From assembly GCF_009914755.1 (NCBI RefSeq), contig NC_060932.1: DNA of 64,000 bases; one strand, 5' to 3'. Below, piece after piece: positions 58,390 to 64,000 of this stretch. The translations under genes and the position numbers were made by a program. The notes below the pieces were generated by a model. The model had not been told where the DNA came from and searched no databases. It saw only the letters and a list, made by a program, of their open reading frames with translations. How positions within the stretch are numbered: the first letter of the stretch is position 1; every line of letters starts with the position of its first letter. Source of the stretch: the human T2T-CHM13v2.0 reference genome, Homo sapiens.

Positions 58390-58600
58390 TAGAGGTTAAA
58401 AGCCTAGGTCCTGCAGTCTGACAAACCTACAATCAAATACTAGTTGTATTATTTTGTACAAATTACTAAATATCTATGAGCTTCCCCTTGCTTCTCTGTA
58501 AAGATATGATGAAGGCACTGACCTCCAGAGTTATAAGAATTAAATTGGTAGTGGCTATAAAGAGTTTAGCATGGAGTCCAGCACCTAGTAAGTACTTGTC
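58390..58600 (+). mobile_element. MIR
   Basis: gaggttaaaagcctaggtcctgcagtctgacaaacct...cagcacctagtaagtact. Confidence 0.6.
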
Positions 58601-58750
58601 TAAAGTGGTATAAATGGTTGAATGCTGTGATCAAGATTTAATTTCTATACATCTGGAAAAGGAGGCCTATATAGTTCATTTGGAGAACCATATAGATATT
58701 ATGCGCTAATAAAGTTTGTGTCAAATTAGTTTGAGAATATCAAATTATGC

Positions 58751-59118
58751 TGTCTTAGTCTAGTCCTGTGACAATAACAGAAATAACTTAGGCTGGGTGA
58801 TTTGTATATAATATAAAATTATTTGTCACAATTCTGGAGGCTGGGAAGTCCAAGATCACAGCACCAGCAGATCTGGTACTTATGAAAACCTGTTCCATCC
58901 ATGGAATCTTTTTCTGGCATCTTCACATGCTAGAAAAGGTAGAAAGGCAAAAGGACCAGACAGGCTATCTTAGCCTCTTTTATAAGAGCACCAATTCCAT
59001 TCATGGGAACAAAGCCCTCATGAACTAATCATCTCCTAAAGGCCCTACCTCTTAATACTATTGCATTGAGGATGAAGTTTCAACATAAATGTTGGAGGGA
59101 CACATTTAAACCACAGCA
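58751..59118 (-). mobile_element. MSTD/MLT1A-like MaLR solo LTR
   Basis: tgtcttagtc...ttctggaggctgggaagtccaagatca...aaaccacagca. Perfect 5-bp TSD tatgc 58746-58750 / 59119-59123. Confidence 0.92.
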
Positions 59119-59167
59119 TATGCCCAGTCGAATAGATTTACTTCATGAAAGACTACTCAAAGTCTTT

Positions 59168-59329
59168 TTTTTTTTCTTTTTTGAGATGGGGTCTTACTCT
59201 GTTGCCCAGGCTGGAGGGCAGTGCTGTAATCATAGCTCACTGTAACCTCAAAATCCCGGGCTCAAGCAATCTTCCTACCTCAGCCTCCTGAGTCACTGGG
59301 ATTGTAGCCTTGAGCCACTGTACCCACCT
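59168..59329 (-). mobile_element. Alu monomer (FRAM/FAM-like)
   Basis: Single ~160 bp right-arm-type monomer with TSD tcaaagtcttt / tcagagtcttt. Confidence 0.85.
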
Positions 59330-61144
59330 TCAGAGTCTTTAATAAGCTAATGTGCACTCTTTTTTTCTAAGAAGGGATATAGTAGGCAGCGTATCCCATA
59401 TTATATTTTTATCCAAGGAATAATTTTACAAAGGAGTGTCTTGAAGGATTATTGTTCCTGAAAACAACATTTTGGGAAATGATGACCTATTGCATGTGAC
59501 AGCTTAATCTTCTGTATTTTGATGAAAAAAAAAAATCAATAAATAAAACAGGTCTAGGCCTGGAGTTTTAGTTTTTCCTCTACAATTTACTTTGGGAAAT
59601 TTATTTTATTCTTTAAATAATAATAATAATGTTAATAATATAAGGACACAGATTTAAATAGGAGTTATTATGTTTCAGACTTTGCTTCAAGTACTTTAAA
59701 TCTATTAACACATTTAAGTACTTCACTGGTAAAATGAATGTAAGAATATTTTATTTGCTTAAAAACAGATCTGGACTATAGGAAATCAGAGTGCATCTAG
59801 TTCAGCATGCCTATCATTTGAAGATCAGAGTGCTGGTAAATGGTAGACTAGGGACTAAAGTGAACACACTCTTAGACACTTGGACTTGTGTCCCAGTCTC
59901 TGATTCTATGACAACCACCTGGCCTTTTATCCAGGGATCTAAATATTTAAAAGAGTTGAGAGAGGTCACTTTGCTCAGCTACACTTTTCTATCATTATGA
60001 GGTCTTCTAAAATTCCACACTATAATTTATTATTGTCCCAACTTAACAATTTCAAAATAGGTCCTACAAACATAAACAAAATTCAGCTGTTCAAAATTTT
60101 CCCCTACTGAAAATATCTTCCAAATAATTTGATTTAAGAGCGAGACATTAGAAATGTTGAATTTTCCTATCTAAAATCAAAAGGGAAATGACAGAGCAGA
60201 AGGCTTTACAATTTTTTTTTCCCCTCCAGTGCTCTTTTGAACTCTTGACTCCAGGCTCTTTGAGAAAAACATTACACTAGAAATTAAAGTTCTCTAATGG
60301 GAACAAGTGGCAGAACAAGATTTTCCTTTCCAGCTCTGTTCTGGAGGGACCACCGAGGTGAGATGTGATTTTAATCTCTGGGCATATTATTATCTTGGCC
60401 TTTCTGCCAAAACTGTCAACGAACAAGGGTGCTAATGACTGCTAACTATTACAGAAAGGAATAGGAGAACATTCAGGATTGAGCTGAGATAACTACTTCA
60501 TTTCATTCAGAGCCTTAAATCACCTTCTTCTGCCAGCAGCTTTCATTTACTCTCAATATAAGCCAGGTTGAACCAGTGACCCATGGGGTAAAATGCTTTG
60601 CTTCACATTACCAAGCCAGGCAAAGTCTGGGGTGAGTCACACGGACTGGTTTCCACCTCTTAGGCTGTGCACCACTAATTAATGGACTCTCTCACACTTG
60701 AATGGACATTTTTTTTTTTTTTTACTTTTAGGTTTAGCATCACCTTTCACTATTTTGTCCCTTGTAAGGTTGGAGTCTACCAATACAAACCATAGTAGTT
60801 GATCATGGTTCTACATTGCAGTATATTGTATAAATTTAGAATCATCTTCCTTCCACCCTTTGTCTTACAATAAGTTGACTACATGATATAGAGAGGTAGA
60901 GACAGGTTTCGTTATGCTTAAAAGCCTCTTAGTTTGAATATCAGCTAGAATTTCCTGAGAATTGTCACTTTAAAGTATTTGTATTCAAAAGATACTACTC
61001 ATATCACCTAGTTAATTTTTTAAAGTTCAGTGAACCTATATTATATCCTTTGATTGTGTATAACACAAATTTGAGTTTTCCTTATATGACCTAACTTATT
61101 CAGGAAAACATTTTTGACTTCTGTTTTAATATTCATGACCCATG

Positions 61145-61776
61145 GAAGTAGTAATTTTTTTTAGTAACTGATTATGTGGGGGCAGGGCGGGGGCGGATAA
61201 ATGCCCTGATTTGTAGCATTTGCCCATTTAGGTGGTGTAGATAATCCTCCCATGGCCAATTTCAAGCTACTAACATGACATCATTAAAAGCAGAGTGGGA
61301 GAGGATGTCTCATAGTAAACCAAACAATACATAGTGTTCTGATCATGCAGATACCATAGACACATAATTTCATTACTAGGTATTTTGCCTAGGTATTTTA
61401 TTACTAGGTAATAGTAAAATGTAGTACAATAGTTAGGATTTAGAGATGTGGTAAAATAGTATAATATATAGTAAATAATATGATTAATATTAGTAAGTTA
61501 TTAATATTACTAATATTAATATTAGTAAAATGTACAGTGTTAACAGTAATATGATATTGGCATTATTTATTAATTTTATTATTAATGCTGTTAATATTAG
61601 TATTGTGAATAAAATCACTAAAAAATGTACAAAAGGACTTAACTTTGTTTTTAATGTAATGTATTAAAACATTAGTTTATAAAATATAGGTTTAAATAAT
61701 AGCTATGTTTGACCACCAGCTTACAAAATTTCTGAAAATTGAACAATTGGTCTGAGGTGGATTCAGCACATCCCCA
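61145..61776. mobile_element. MER63 (B-like) hAT-Blackjack element with an internal AT-rich expansion
   Basis: gccctgatttgtagcatttgcc...catggccaatttcaagctactaacatgacatca; aaaatttctgaaaattgaacaattgg...ttcagcacat. Confidence 0.75.
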
Positions 61777-62144
61777 GAGAAAACATGGAAACCATCATGA
61801 TGACCTGGAAAGGACATTGAATGAGAGATGCTACCGAAGTTATTCAAGTTACTTAACCTCTCTGAATTTTTGTTTCCTTTATAGTCAAAACTCGGCTCTA
61901 GGGATCCTAATTTACTTGGATACTGGGGCTGTAAATAAGATAATATTTGCATCATGACTATGTACGATGAACAGGCAATTAGTTTTGGCTGCTATTATTA
62001 TTAGCAAATTTTAGTTAGACCAATAAATGCTATGTAATCATGGGCAGTTTTACTTCCTTATTGGGTCCTAGTTTCTTCATATGTAAAATAAGGTAAATAC
62101 AAAATGATATATAAGATTCCTTCTAGCTCAAATGCACAATGATT

Positions 62145-62379
62145 AAGAACTAAGGCTTTTAAATCAGAGGGCCAACATTCTAATCCTGGCTCTATTCTTA
62201 CAAGCTATATAGCTTATATAATTCATCTCTCTTATCCTTTGTTTCTTCATTTGTAAATCAGGAAGTAACACAATAATTTGTTGCACAGAGATTTTTAAGG
62301 TTGAAACAAAGTAAACACTGAAAAAGATGTTAGTCTGTTTGGCATACAGTAGGTACTTAAAACTGAACTATTTTATTAA

Positions 62380-62380
<1 letters not shown>
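62145..62380 (+). mobile_element. MIR
   Basis: gattaagaactaaggcttttaaatcaga...tgtttcttcatttgtaaa...tggcatacagtaggtact. Confidence 0.7.
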
Positions 62381-62911
<531 letters not shown>

Positions 62912-63119
62912 ACCATTAATATTATTAATACAATGGTGCTCAAAGGTACAAACATTAATTTTTTTGTATATGGCATACCTTCCCTAGCCAAATCTCCATC
63001 CAAGCAACATGTCCCATGACTTCCCAAAATTAATATCGATAGCAAAATATGTAACATTAATAATAAAATAGGTAACTTTGGGCGTTTTCTAGGTGTCAAC
63101 CAATGTAATAAGTGCTTCA

Positions 63120-63300
63120 TATATAAGTTAGTTCACCTCTTTGAATCTTAGTTTCATCATTTAAAAAATGACTTTAATACCTATCATGTAGAGTTGTTGA
63201 GAGGGTTATAAACATTGTTATAATAACACATTCAATCCAGTGTCTGGGACAAAGTAGGCATGAAATAAATAGTAACTAGTAATAATAATTATAAGCCTAA
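63120..63300 (+). mobile_element. MIR
   Basis: aagttagttcacctctttgaatcttagtttcatcatttaaaaaatg...cagtgtctgggacaaagtagg. Confidence 0.7.
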
Positions 63301-64000
63301 TATAATTACTTTATAGATTGTAAATATATATTTATATTTCTTAAAAACTACTACCAATAATGCCTAGTGTGTAGTAGATGCAAATTAATGGTGACTGTTA
63401 TATAATAAAAATAAACAATGGGCATTTATCATGAGTGTTTATCACTTACTATTAATTTACCATTGAGAATAGCTTGGTGGGTTAGGGTGCAGTCAGAGAA
63501 AACTTCAGAATGCTGAGCTGAAAAGCATTTTTGGAAGAAGCTGGTACTATGCTTTAATTTCTTGCTCCTGAGATGGAGGAGGTGAAACTGGGAATCCACC
63601 CTTGAAGTATGAGAAATGGGATTGAATGTTTGTAACAAGCAGAAAGAGTCCAGCAGGGGTCCTGCAACTAGGAAAGGCTTAGACATTCTCAACACTGGTC
63701 TTGCAGGTGCTACTACTGTAAGGACGAGGGGTTAGACTAGCATTGGCACACGTCGACAATGCTAACAATTACTCTCTCTAGTCTAGTGGTACTGAATTTG
63801 GACAGCTGAGCCTTTGGGAGAATCTGTTGAAAGCTGTGAGTTTTTTCTTGTCATTTGTTTGATGGTACTGTGTCTTCTGCTATTTTAAAACACTTTTTGC
63901 TTCTTCTTTGGTATCTCTATGTGTATTATTAGCTGTAGCTCTGTCCAAAACATTATCGAATTATTAAGGGTCCAAGTTTTCATGTCTTTGTGTTTATCCA

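Noticed and set aside
61176-61198. G-rich run with GC boxes (possible G-quadruplex or promoter)
   Set aside because: It has only three GGG tracts, lies inside MER63 and has no CpG island context.

Overview
This window is AT-rich primate (human-like) genomic DNA of intronic or intergenic character, not prokaryotic. It holds 12 Alu dimers plus one Alu monomer, L1 fragments of several ages (L1PA4/5-like, L1PA/PB, L1MA, L1MB, L1MC, L1ME), MaLR/ERVL solo LTRs, hAT MITEs (MER5, MER53, MER81, MER63), and many MIR and L2 relics. I can identify no complete protein-coding gene, RNA gene or CRISPR array. The recognisable ORFs in the track are Alu or L1 read-throughs, and the rest look like chance ORFs. 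The best-supported unusual structures are: (1) an L1PA insertion with a ~250 bp 3' transduction and two poly(A) tails inside one 14-bp TSD (19159-21339); (2) an old local duplication of unique-looking sequence (47584-47735 vs 50068-50220, with further patches); (3) a nested L1ME>L1MA>(AluY, AluJ, L1PA) stack with a large ORF2 deletion; (4) fold-back templated micro-insertions in two Alus. More speculative are two in-frame candidate coding exons at the window start, an IRF/NF-kB/AP-1/ETS motif cluster at 4.7-5.15 kb, and scattered + strand non-coding exon candidates. Repeat subfamily names come from recalled consensus sequences, boundaries of old repeats are approximate, and no database search was run. 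I found no evidence for a wholly new biological system.
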